Source: Octopus vulgaris (taxonomy: Eukaryota). From it: DNA of 64,000 nt. The translations under genes and the position numbers were made by a program. Positions 1 through 11,607 of the stretch are shown one piece after another (within the stretch, counting starts at the first letter, position 1; the number at the start of each line of letters is the position of its first letter). The notes beneath the pieces are model-generated. The model searched no databases, was not told the DNA's origin, and saw only the letters and a program-made list of their open reading frames with translations. The DNA is taken from positions 30,504,001 to 30,568,000 of the forward strand of contig OX597820.1 of NCBI GenBank assembly GCA_951406725.2, in the 5' to 3' direction.

Positions 1-144
1 GAGATAAAGCTTGATTTAAGAAAAATGTCCAGATTTAGTAGACATCATATATGATAGTGTTTCTATAGCTGGTATATGTGGCAAAAGTGTACAAAATCAA
101 GCATTTGATGTGTTCAATATGAAGAATGCATTTCTTTTGTTTGC

Positions 145-327
145 ATTCATCATCGTCTAATGTCCACTTTCCATGCTAGCATGGGTTGGACGATTTGACT
201 GAGAGCTGGCAAACCAGATGGCTTCACAAGACTCCAATCTTGATCTGGCAGAGTTTCTACAGCTGGATGCCCTTCCTAACACCAACCACTCCGAGAGTGT
301 AGTGGGTGCTTTTATGTGCCACCGGCA
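145..327 (-). mobile_element. RTE 3'-tail element (also 39100-39300, 60940-61210, 61715-61910, 62405-62645, 63165-63312)
   Basis: GTTAGGAAGGGCATCCAGCTGTAGAAAC...CCAACCCATGCTAGCATGGAAAG-y-GGAC-r-TTA...GATGATG recurs across the window. Confidence 0.8.
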
Positions 328-814
328 GTGATTAATACTCATTCCTCAAGCTTGATAAGCAGGATAAGACATAGATGACAGGAAGCCTGTCTATTAAAAA
401 AGAAATCACACTCAATCACTAGCACTTTCTGACATCTTGGTAAAATTCTGTCCATTTTGTAAACTAAGCAACATGGACTGATGCAAAAAGCAAAGCACCA
501 TATAACTGTACAGAATGTGCTGAAACCATCCACTGTTTAGTCTGAAGAGATGGAGCATACAAGGTTGACCAGTGCCAGATACACCATTTAAAAACTGTCC
601 GTCTTCAATGATGACCCATCAACCCAATGGATTATGGGATTCAAAATAAAGTAATCTGCTCACAAGGAAACCAATTCTTTTAGCAGGGATTGAGGTTATT
701 TACCAAGTTATACACTCAGGCCATTATGAGCTCTTAAGCTCCAGCCAATAACAGGTTCAGGCTATGAACAACAATGCCAAGGTCATCTATATATACTTCC
801 AATTAAAAAAAAAT

Positions 815-865
815 AATTTATAAACGAAAACAAACAAAATAAAACAAATAAACCAAAACTTTATT
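815..865 (-). terminator. Polyadenylation signal AATAAA plus downstream GU/U-rich element
   Basis: Minus strand reads AATAAA GTTTTGGTTTATTTGTTTTATTTTGTTTGTTTTCGTTT. Confidence 0.5.
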
Positions 866-913
866 TTTCTTTGAAAATATAATGGAAGAATAATAAAGTG
901 ATATTTATCTCAA
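840..913 (-). other. LARP1: Putative alternative terminal exon of LARP1 (Cys-stop, short 3'UTR)
   Basis: Strong acceptor GTTATTTTCTTTTTCAG at 914-930. A phase-2 join gives TG|T TGA. AATAAA lies at 860-865. Confidence 0.5.
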
Positions 914-2744
914 CTGAAAAAGAAAATAACAGTGGAGGGAAGAAAGGAGCACAAGACCTTTCTGGGTCCTTTAGTGCAATAAATATATTTGAGTTTTGTT
1001 TTTGCACACAATATGTTATGCAAACAACAGTGTTGTCTCTTCACACATTAGCATCATGTGAACCATGTTGTACCCTGTGCTGTTTGCATATAAAAACACC
1101 AATAATTAACACCAAATTTCTTTGCCTTCACCTGTGTAAGCACAATGCAAGTCTGCTGTATTCTCATGGAAGAGAAGCTATAACCAAATGCAAGTATTTT
1201 GCAATTTATCAAAATCCATATGCAACGAAAACTGTTGAAAATATCAAGCTGAAACCAATATGACTATGCATTGTGCAATCAGTGCTGCACTGTTGCGCAT
1301 GTGATATTTCCATGTGGCATACAATTGATCCCATATTCAAGTGCACTCCAATCTTTGAAACAGCTATCTGTGCACTTGCTCTCCAAATGGGTTAATAAAC
1401 AGCATATGTATGAATGCACGTGCAAACATGCAGGTATTGTTTGTGTTCATAGAAGTTCTTTGGAAGTGTAAACTATAAAAACCACTCCAAGAGATGAAGA
1501 AATGAGAATGCACAAGAGCAAAGATGATTGAGTGTGAAAAAATGAGAGTGAGCGAGCAATGTTAGAGAGGAATAGAATGAGATGTTAACCCCTTTGTTAC
1601 CAAATTTCTATAGAATATACTGTCTGTTTCAATATAACTTGATGTTCTAGAGGAAAGCTTTAATTTAAATCACTTTAAAATAAAGTTTGTACCATAGAAA
1701 CAATGGTGGTCACAGGTAGGTTGGTATCAAAAGGGTTAAATAAGTGAGAATGAGCATAGTGGTACAAGGAAGAGAAAGCTGAAGGTGGAGCAGAGATAAA
1801 AAGCATTTACCTCTCTATCACAGACCAAATCAACAATTTCAAAAAGAAAACCCATATTGTATAACATTGTGTGATACACTATGGGTTTATATGTATACAT
1901 ATATCAATGATTATGTTCTTCAGAAAACAGTGGAACCTCTTCTATCCCAGGCCTCACAACCAGTTAATTTTTTAAAATATTAGAAGCAGAAATATCAATC
2001 CTTTAGCAATCAGATTACTGTAAGATGTAATGTTTATTCATTCAATTTGTTTTGAATTAATCCTTGCATTATCAAGATATTGATGATGTGGAATATATAT
2101 TTTTAGAATGACATTGTAGGGTAGGTGGAGAGACTAGATCTGGCCAGTTTGAACATAAAACAACATTATGGCCAATCTAAATGCTAGAAGGTTAAAGGAA
2201 GTCATTAACCTTCCAAATCATTGAGGTTCAAGCTTGAATTAATTAGTCAATGACTAAAACACTATTTAGGCCAATGGCTAAAAGTAAATTGTATGAACAT
2301 TTTTTTTTCTAATTGAACCATGAGCAATGTAATATCTGAATATACATTGCTTCAGTGAAATAAGTCTATTAACAGATGAGGGATCAATCATTCAAGATAC
2401 TGATATACAAAACACAGCAGTGAGGATGTGATGTAGATTATATTAGACAGCTTAACCCGACAGAGAAATGAATAACAGAACAAAGCTGTTTGTCATGTCA
2501 AGTTGGTTAGACATCAATTTCTAATGAAACGTTTTAAAGAGGTCAGTTGCTTCTTGTCCAAATGTATGTCCCCCACCCCTACCAAATATCTACACATTGG
2601 TTAGACAAATGGATGGATAGAGAAGTAAATGTATATGCCCTCAGAGTGCAGGAAGGAAATGCTGTCTAACTATGAAGAGGAGCTGTTTTAACAGTCTTTG
2701 ATAAATGTTTAGAAGAATTTGAAAGAAAATCAGAATTGTCCGAC

Positions 2745-2845
2745 CATTCACTGAAGCAGTTGCGTCGTCCAACTTCAAGTTGCTCTAATTCTTCATCAAG
2801 CATAAAATTCAACTCTTCCCGTTCTGTATCATCAGCTTTATCATC
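2745..2845 (-). CDS. LARP1: LARP1 exon 11 (101 nt, phase 0 to 2): DDKADDTEREELNFMLDEELEQLEVGRRNCFSE(W)
   Basis: TAACAG acceptor after a pyrimidine tract. Matches LARP1 EELDFLFDEEMEQMDGRKNTFTAW. The putative donor ATG|GTCGGA at 2744 is weak. Read-through stops at TAG 2666-2668. Confidence 0.88.
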
Positions 2846-3591
2846 CTGTTAAGACAAACCCAAGAAAAGAAGAAAAAGGAAAATATGTTTAGTGAGGTAT
2901 ATAGAAGCAACAATAAAAAAAAACAAAAAAAAAATCTTTTTTAAAGGAAAACAGCAGGTTAAAGGAGCCAACTGTCACCCAGGCTGCTAGAAACAGCACC
3001 AAAACCTCCCTCAAGCCGTATCTTGCCTCCTTAATGGGTGGATGGGTTGGTGAAGTAATGCAGTATCAGATAAAACATTAAGTTGGGAATATGTTGTCCT
3101 TAATTATATTAAAGGGTATCCTGCTAGTGAACCTTAACCAGAATGTAATGTCAGCCAAGAAATAACGAAAGAACCAGCACTAACGTGGTGGGAGGAAAAG
3201 AAGAAAAAAAAAAAAAAGAGACTACCTCAATGAAACAAATTCAGTATTTTTAAAGAGGAAATCATCAGACTCAACAAACTGCAATCTTGATGGCAATTTC
3301 AGAGTGAATTTAGACCAAATATAGGCAGCCTAATATTATGATGTTAAATTGTTGGTAGTTACAGGAACAGATACTAAGCTACATCAACTGTGCAACTTCA
3401 AATCTATGTTGTTATATTCACACAAAATGTATCAGATAATTTATAGTACTTTTTTCAATAATTCAGTACTAGTAGATTTCAGTTTCTGTTAACTTGGTAA
3501 TGGCTGGAATATCTTTGACTTTGGTCAACTTGATGGCAGAGCTGTTCTGGAACTGAATAACAACTCGTGTTTTTTTATTATGCTCATGTTA

Positions 3592-3980
3592 GCAGGAGTG
3601 GCTGTGTGGTAAGTAGCTTGCTTACCAACCACATGGTTCCGGGTTCAGTCCCACTGCGTGGCATCTTGGGCAAGTGTCTTCTGCTATAGCCTCGGGCTGA
3701 CCAATGCCTTGTGAGTGGATTTGGTAGATGGAAACTGAAAGAAGCCTGTCGTATATATGTATATATATATACATGTATGTGTGTGTGTTTGTCCCCCCAC
3801 CATCGCTTGACAACCAATGCTGGTGTGTTTACGTCCCTGACACTTAGCGGTTCGGCAAAAAGAGACCGATAGAATAAGTACTGGGCTTACAAAGAATAAG
3901 TCCCGGGGTCGATTTGCTCGACTAAAGGTGGTGCTGCAGCATGGCCGCAGTCAAATGACTGAAACAAGTTAAAGAGTAAA
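3592..3980 (+). mobile_element. Full-length tRNA-derived SINE (octopus-type, family A)
   Basis: A/B-box-like head TGGCTGTGTGG...GGTTCAGTCC, internal (TA)n/(TG)n and tail ...AATGACTGAAACAAGT. Near-identical copies occur elsewhere in the window. Confidence 0.88.
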
Positions 3981-4079
3981 GTATACATCTTCTACAAACA
4001 TAGTGAGGTTTGAAGAGAACGAGTGTGGCCACATAGTCACTGTTTGTGCCAGACATTCTAATTTTAAAATGTATACTAA

Positions 4080-5341
4080 CCCTTTCATTACTAACCCAGC
4101 CGAAAAATTTTTTGGTTCATAATACCAACCCAGCCTAGAGAACCTATTGTTATTTAAATGTAAATTTGAACCCAAATCTCGTTGGTACATACGTTAAAAC
4201 ATGTGATTTCACATTGTAAATAGTTAAGTTATAGTATCCGACATTGCTTGAAGTGATATCTCAACTCAGTGAATATTGGGAGATTTTTTTCCACATTTTT
4301 TTCGGCATCGATTTTACTTCAACTTTGAAAATGGATAGGAGTTTCATGTTATCAAGCATTGATTCCGAATTTAAAGCTTTTTCAACGGAAAATAGGGAGA
4401 TATCGAGAAAAAGAATCAAATTGGTACAGAAGCACGTGGTGTACAAAATAATGAATAAGATATTTTTTTATCCGAAAATGAAAGCAGCGATTCTGAAGAA
4501 ACAAATCGGCGATGGCGACAGCAAAGATGATTTTACATCGGAATGAAGTAAAAAAACTTTAAAAATGTTATTAGCAATTTTTCTGGGGAGATAGTTTATC
4601 TATAGTCTTTCTTAGAAAGCGAAACCATTAGACTTTTATTTTTTTCAGTATGCTAGTTTGAAGCGACCACTTCAAAACCAAATTTACGCAGATTGTAAAC
4701 AAACACAAAAGTTTGGAAAATTTGTGAAGCAAATACTGGGTACTGTTGTGGAATTAGTTATTATACAGGGAAAATAATGTTAGTCAGCATGGCCTAGGGA
4801 ACGATGTGGTCTGGAATTTATCACTTCCATACCATAACCAGGGCTGTATATTATTTTTTGACCGATTTCTTTAGTTCGGTCAAACTTGCGGTGGATTCCA
4901 GTATTTCAGTTTATTCCACCTTCATGATACACCTGTTGTGCATTAAATTCAACTGATGATCTAGTGATGTGCACAATTCTTCTTTATCAAAATTTTGTTG
5001 CATACCCATTTGAATATTAGCTGATGATTCATTTTCTATGGTGATGTTTAAACAAAATTTTAATATTTTTACCTTTTGCTCAATTTAAAATTTTAATATT
5101 TTTACCTTTTGCTCAATTTACCTGGATTTACCTGTAATTAAAGTCACTTTGAGACAAAAGTTATGCAATAGAATTGATTAAGAACCCTTTCTTTAATTAT
5201 GTTCCAAATATCACATTAATATGTTGATAAGTAAAAAAGTTACAGTTATTTAATGAAACAAGCCTAAATTCATGATTATTTTAGAATTTAATCGAAACTC
5301 ATGAGGGGTATATTTTGGTCAGAAATATAGTAACGAAAGGG
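4080..5341. mobile_element. Non-autonomous piggyBac-type element (1262 bp)
   Basis: TIRs CCCTTTCATTACTA and TAGTAACGAAAGGG (13/14 match), flanked by CTAA and TTAA. Internal 33-bp tandem duplication at 5054-5119. Confidence 0.75.
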
Positions 5342-5629
5342 TTAAGCTGTACGAAAGTGTGAATGCCATGCATTAGTGATGAATTTATATATTTTTGCTC
5401 CAAGCTCTAAAATTTCTGCTCAGTATTGGGAAAAATTAGAGGGAATGCTTATTATTATAAAAATGTAAACGTTTATAAAAGCATCACCATAGATATTCCC
5501 CTTTGTGAAACAAAGGTATATATTTTGAAAGAATCCCACATTTTCTCACACAAAATAATAATCATTTTAAAAGGCAAAACTCATACTTAGATGTTTATGT
5601 AAAGTTATGATTGCATTAAAGACAATTAC

Positions 5630-5844
5630 CTCTCGACTTCGTTTTTCTTTCTGTGCACATTTCTTACGGTTTCGTACCTGAACCCATTCAGCCTGTAAAT
5701 CTGGTGCACTCTGTGAGACGACAGGAGGTATGGTAAGTAAGTTTGAAGGAACACCTTCAAGTGTAGGTTCACTGGGAGTTTCCTCATTTAAGTCTTCAGA
5801 TTCTTTGCCTTCAGTTCCTCCCAGGCTATGGCTATCTTCAGTAT
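5630..5844 (-). CDS. LARP1: LARP1 exon 10 (215 nt, phase 1 to 0)
   Basis: VSQSAPDLQAEWVQVRNRKK resembles LARP1 LSASLPDLDSENWIEVKKR. TTACTAG acceptor and GAG|GTAATT donor. Confidence 0.9.
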
Positions 5845-6567
5845 CTAGTAACAAATTAAAAATAAATTTCATGAGTGTTGCAATTCATTTACATGCTCTT
5901 GCAGTTACTGCAGAATAGTCAGCAAGTTGAATGCCTTACTAGTGCTTATCTTTTTTAAAGCAGACCAAATATAACAGAAATTACTTATGCTAAAGTTGGC
6001 AAAATAGTTAAAATATTTCCGAGGAAGATATACCGATGAACTTAGAAGGGTGAAAGGAAATAATTATTAATCCTTTAACATTCAGATTATTGTCAAATGT
6101 AATGCTTATTTATTCACATTGCTTAGAATAAATCATATATTATGTTGTAACTCAGAGATTTCAATGATATGATTGCTTGATTTTAGACTGACATTGTAGG
6201 GTAGGTGTAGGAGGCCAGATCTGGCCAGTCCGAATACTAAATAACTGTAAATGGTAATAACTAGGTTGCTAGTGTAAAACTATAATGTAATTTGTGCCAT
6301 AATGGAAATGTGTACAACCACTACTGGTTTACATATTTAAGAAATTACTTGAGTTCATTAAATACTACATAAAAAAACAAATTGGTAAAAAACTGTTTCA
6401 ATTATTTTGGTGGAAAAACAATGAAATTATTATGGACATTATTTTTAATAAAGTAAGAGTAAGAAATGAGTAGGAGGAGAGAGATTCTGGTAGGTTTGAA
6501 CTCAGAGAAAGTACAAAAGTAGCTGCAAGGCAGCCTGAAAGAATTTTTTTTTTTTAAATCAACATAC

Positions 6568-6739
6568 TGCGTTCAGGGAATGCATAAGTTTGGCCTGGAA
6601 TAAATTCTGGAACATCTGGGTGAAGGTTACTTTTGGGAGGCAAAACTGGTGCCGAGACAGGCCATTTTGACGGACCTTCCTTAGGTCGAACAGCATTCAA
6701 ATCTACAGAGTATTCAACTGTATCACTGTCTTGAAGTGC
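6568..6739 (-). CDS. LARP1: LARP1 exon 9 (172 nt, phase 0 to 1): end of La motif and PAM2 motif
   Basis: Encodes ALQDSDTVEYSVDLNAVRPKEGPSKWP...SNLHPDVPEFIPGQTYAFPER. CTACAG acceptor and GCA|GTATGT donor. Not in the ORF track. Confidence 0.93.
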
Positions 6740-7586
6740 CTGTAGTAAGGAAAAGATGACAGAATTAAGAGTTATTTTATATAAATAACCGAAGAAATAA
6801 TAACAGCAACTCTCAAAAGCAATGCAACTGTTTGCAGTTCAGAGCAGATGTTGCAATGCGAGAGCAAACTATTAATCTCACAAATAACTGTTGTGGGGAA
6901 ACAGAAAAAACTTGCCAGAGAAATATCCTTCTAAATTCAGTCAAATCTTACATTGGGGGAAAATAATGGCCATGAACCTACATTAGAAAGAAAAGCTCCC
7001 AGTGGGCAAAGTTTTACAACTTTCAACGAAAGAAATAATTTGAATTTATAAATAATTTTTTTTAAATGTCTTAATTTTCATCCCCCGCCCTATTTTATTT
7101 ACCTGTAAGGTAAGTGACAAATTCTACATAATGAAATTAGTGATTTATGTATGCGTGTGCATATTTATGCATACAAGTAGTGTGCACTGATTTATTTACA
7201 TTTTGTAGTTTTCTTCAAAGGTTTTGGAAAATTCCAATATTTTATGGTATTTTACCTTTTGGAGCTCACCTGCTTTAAAGTGACTCCTCAAAGACAGTGG
7301 AAACCCAATAATGTGCACAACATTTCTGTACTACATATCTGTTATATATCCTAGCTGAATATTGGCTAATATTTCTTTGTGAGGTAATATTTAAACAAAA
7401 TTAAATTTTACATCCTGCTGAATTTACTTCTGAGTTGTAGCTGAAGCTGATGGATAGTTTTTGACTTGGAGCCGGCAATTAACTTTTTTTAAAATGTCAC
7501 ATTGATATTATCAGAATCAGAACTAACTGGATCTAAACTTTCCACTGTCACTGAATTATCAGACAGGAAGCAAATTCGAAACTTAC

Positions 7587-7731
7587 CTCAATAATAACAT
7601 CCATAACTTTAGTGGCGTTGGCAATTCGCCGGAACGTTGAGATGAGTGATAAAGGAATCCATCCATCCTGATCCATGTTTTGCCGTAGGAAATAGTCCCG
7701 GTTCAAGTTATCTTCTGACAAATAGTACTCT
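7587..7731 (-). CDS. LARP1: LARP1 exon 8 (145 nt, phase 2 to 0): La motif core
   Basis: EYYLSEDNLNRDYFLRQNMDQDGWIPLSLISTFRRIANATKVMDVIIE aligns with the LaM consensus QIEYYFS-x-DNL-x-RD-x-FLR-x-x-MD-x-x-G. TTTTCAG acceptor and GAG|GTAAGT donor. Confidence 0.96.
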
Positions 7732-9149
7732 CTGAAAATAAAAAAAAAAGATGCAAAATAGAAATACAAAGATATATATATATCATCATTATCATTTAAC
7801 AGATGGCATGATAAAAAAGGAAGGACACATTATAGTCCTAAATATATTACATACGTGTGTGAGGAAATCGAGAGGTGAAACACCTTTGACCATAGGTTTG
7901 CTTAATTATGCTTATCTGAGACAAAACTACCACAACAACCCAACCAGCAACATTTGGTACCATACAGGTCATATGGTTAAAAAAAAAAGTTACAAAATAA
8001 TTTTTTTAAAAATTCAGAAAAGAAAAAAAAAGTTATTAGCACCGAAGTTTCTCATTTCACTGAGAACTCAAGTGTAACACTTCTGCTCTCCCTGCCAGCT
8101 TCTGAATTGTACACATTCACATGTATGAGATAACAACCTGATCTGCATTAATCTACAGTCTTGGACAACTTACAAAACTAATTCTCTATCTGTTTATACT
8201 AAGCTGTACACATAGGATACTAACATTGCTAAATCCTTATACTTTCCAATAGAATTATGCACTGTGTAGCATACTAATTGCACTACTTTTAGAATAGATG
8301 TGTGCACATAACATATATTTTATCCCCAAAATAATATTTAAATAAATTTATACAATACTGTCTAGTACAATGTATTTCAGTATCAATAGTGTATCACTGA
8401 ATTTATTTGGTAATTTCAAGAAATTTTGGGATATGGCTAAAATGATCAAGTCACCTAACTACACATCCTAATATTAAGGGCTATCACCCAACCAAATAGC
8501 AGGAAACTAAACCCGAAGTCCAAGACTCAGTGATTAACCAAATGGGCTACTTCATTAAACTGACAATATAGCTTATTTTATCAACCTCAGAAGGATAAAG
8601 TTATGTTGTTTCTCCAAAATAAGGAATAAATTATCTAGATTGTCTAAAATTGCCACCGTCTCTTCTGAGAGCCATAAAGGGATCTCAAATATAAATAAAT
8701 ACATACAAAATCAATAATTATAATCAGTTACTAACTCCTATTTTAAAGGTTATGAATCCTTCAGTCAATATTATAATATAAACAGTGTAACACAAAACAC
8801 TTGGTTGAATCTTCGGTCAATATTCCATTACAATTAATGTAACACGGATTCCAAGTCAAAAGCGCTGGATTGAGGAGAAAATATTAATCCTCTAACATTC
8901 AAATTATTCTGTCAAATGTAAAGTTTATGTATTCACACCATCTTAAATAATCATACATTATTTCAAGGGTTTGAGATTTCAATGATGTGGTTGTTTATTT
9001 TTAAAATGACACGGTAAGGTAGCTATGAAAGACCATATCTGTCTAGTTTTAATAGAAAACAGGTAGAATATTTTGGCCTGGATATGGCCCATTAAAACAA
9101 TAAAGGGTCAAATAATAATTTAGAGGTAAAGTAAATGGAAAGAACTTAC

Positions 9150-9267
9150 ATTTGACTTTTGATGAACTCTTTCACTTGTGCGTTGTCATAAGACTGAATG
9201 CCATAGTACATGGTCCCATTGAAATAGGCTGTTGGATCATATTGGTAAGGATCATGCAGAGAAAACC
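9150..9267 (-). CDS. LARP1: LARP1 exon 7 (118 nt, phase 1 to 2): Y-rich linker and start of La motif (...VKEFIKSQI)
   Basis: CCCTTTCACTAG acceptor and AAT|GTAAGT donor. Encodes FSLHDPYQYDPTAYFNGTMYYGIQSYDNAQVKEFIKSQ. Confidence 0.88.
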
Positions 9268-10169
9268 CTAGTGAAAGGGTTAAAGGGAGAAACATTAGAG
9301 CAATGAAAATATAATAAAATCAAATATAAAAAACAAGAGCTAAAATCAAAGAAACAGAGCCAACAAAGGTAGCTAAATACCAATGATTCCCAACCTTTTA
9401 TCATTATGACCCAGTCTGATAAAACAACTGCCCACGACACTGCCTTTCTTAAAAATATCCCAATTAAATACAACTAATGTGGTTATTTGGGAGAATGTGT
9501 AGTTTTCCTTTTTTTAAACTTTAAGCAAATATGCCCTGGATGTATTTACAAACATTTGAGTTTTTATAAAATGTTTCACAAGTACAAAATTTTATCATCA
9601 TAACCCTTTCATCGACCCAATTGTTTGAGAAGAGCTGCTCTACATGGTCACACAACCTGTATAGACTAGCAGCTAAATCACCTGTAAATACCCTCACAGC
9701 TTCTAAAAGGGCACATTGCATAACATGGTCTTGGGTTTTGGAAAACAAGATGGCCATAGCTTGAATGCTTTTGATAATAGGTCTGCTTGACCAGGGCTAA
9801 CCTGCAGATAAAAAACAGCATGGAGTCCATGCTTATGTTCTATGCAAAGTTGAATGAAAGACAATTCAGTCAAAATTGTAATCACTTGGTCAATAGATCT
9901 CCTAGTCCTTTTTCAGCTTCTTGTTCAATGATAGATTAAAATCAAATCAACAGAGGACAGGAAACATTTAGGAAATGGAAAATTAAATCCTCAAGATAAT
10001 AAAACATTTCATGAGAGGCACAAAAATGTGTAAATTCACCTATAAACCAGGTGGAACGAGATAGGTGACAGTATGGATTCTCTGTGGTATTAAAAGATGC
10101 CTGATTTAATGATTTAACACACACACATACATACGTGCATGCACACATACATAGATGAAGAACACAAAC

Positions 10170-10304
10170 CCCTTCCACGTCCTCGTCCACTCCCGCCAGC
10201 ACCACGACCGCGGCCTCTTCCTCGACGTCCGCCACGGTAAGATCTTTGCATTTCTTTTGGGCTGAGTGGTGCCATACCGTCTCTCCAGTTGCCAGACTCT
10301 GGGA
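10170..10304 (-). CDS. LARP1: LARP1 exon 6 (135 nt, phase 1-1): NWR motif and RG-repeat tract
   Basis: TTTTTTTTCAG acceptor and GGG|GTTTGT donor. Encodes PESGNWRDG...RGGRRGRGRGRGAGGSGRGRGR, typical of the region just before the LARP1 La motif. Confidence 0.9.
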
Positions 10305-10857
10305 CTGAAAAAAAATATGAAACAATAATAATAAAGAATGCTCCTCTCACCTGAATATATCAATAAAATATTTGCAATATCAAATTTTCCTAATATGCTA
10401 TAAAAATTAATCAGTGGAGATTGTGAGGTTATGACTGACAAGCATGCAAGCACTTCAAGCTGTTAACAATGAAGGATGCCATGACACAGTTGGCTGGCAT
10501 GCTAGAAATAGTAGTTATATCTCCTATTATAGTCTTAAAAAAAAAATTACAGGTGCATTCTCCAGGAGAAAAGCAGTATAGTAACAACTGAAACAGGATC
10601 TATTCAACTGGAGATGACTGGAAGCTAAAAATGAGAACCTAAGTTGCACTGACTATAAATCAAGACTGTCTTTCTAAAGAAACTACCAACTGCATTACAC
10701 CAACAAATAGCTTCCTTTTACAATAACTAAGTCCAGTTTCTGAAAAGATACTTATTTTACAGGCTCTAAATTGGAACACTGTACCAGATACCAACTGAAT
10801 TTTAAAATCATTCAGATAATAAAGATAAAGAAATATTGAAGTATATCAAATGCTTAC

Positions 10858-11016
10858 CTTTGGAGCCAGGTTCTGCTTTTTTCAATTTATCTCCCATCGG
10901 TCTACGAGGAACTGATGCAGTTGATGCACCTCCTCTGCGGCCCTGGCTACGACTGCGTCTGTTTCCGTGAACTTTGGGTGGCTCTATTTCCAGTGGAACC
11001 CATTTCTGTCGACATC
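10858..11016 (-). CDS. LARP1: LARP1 exon 5 (159 nt, phase 1-1): GCRQKWVPLEIEPPK...AEPGSK
   Basis: TTTTTTTGCAG acceptor and AAG|GTAAGC donor. Contains the conserved LARP1 KWVPL motif. Confidence 0.92.
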
Positions 11017-11607
11017 CTGCAAAAAAACATTTTTGTTTAAACAAAATGATGGAATAAAGCTTGTAGTAAGCTAACTTCAGAACCTTACAGACACAAGAGT
11101 TACCAAATCATCTTTTAGGAACTTTGTTCTTACATCATCAGTCTTTCATTTGGCCCTAGTCTAACTCCTATATATATGAAAGGATGCAGAAAAGTTCCTA
11201 GCATTAACAGTATCACAAGAAGGACCACTGCAATAAGTGTGTCAATCTGAGAAGGGAATATGTTGAAAAACATAATTAACTGATACTCCCTTTTTTTCTT
11301 TTACTCAGCAGCCCCGTGTGTGAGTGCATACATACACAAACACTGCTGTAATAGACACACTTCTTAAAATTAAGCACAAGGTGATATATAAAGATACTTT
11401 TTCATTCATTTATTAGAGATAAAATTATCCAATTCCTTTTTCTCTTTTTTTTTTCCTCAATTAAAAATTCATTGTTGAAAAAGCTGGGCAAACAAAAAAA
11501 TGGTTTTAGGTGGAACAACTTGAAATAGAAGTTTGGAATTACCATGAAGTAAATTACCTATATTGGGACTTTCAGTTAAAAGATTGAATGTAAACAGTTT
11601 TACAAAC

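Noticed and set aside
960-985. TATTGCACT on the minus strand resembling the 5' end of miR-92
   Set aside because: The rest of the sequence does not match miR-92 and I see no complementary hairpin arm.
3592-3670. tRNA-like sequence
   Set aside because: It is a SINE head continuing into SINE body, and is not a complete cloverleaf tRNA gene.
3584-3817. Near-identical ORF pairs at 3584-3817 and 53953-54222 that look like a duplicated small gene
   Set aside because: Both are antisense translations of SINE family A.
7095-7275. AG|GT recursive-splice-like sites and a possible 14-nt microexon (7256-7269) in intron 8
   Set aside because: Poor pyrimidine tracts in a short intron, and the microexon would frameshift the La motif. 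Likely chance.
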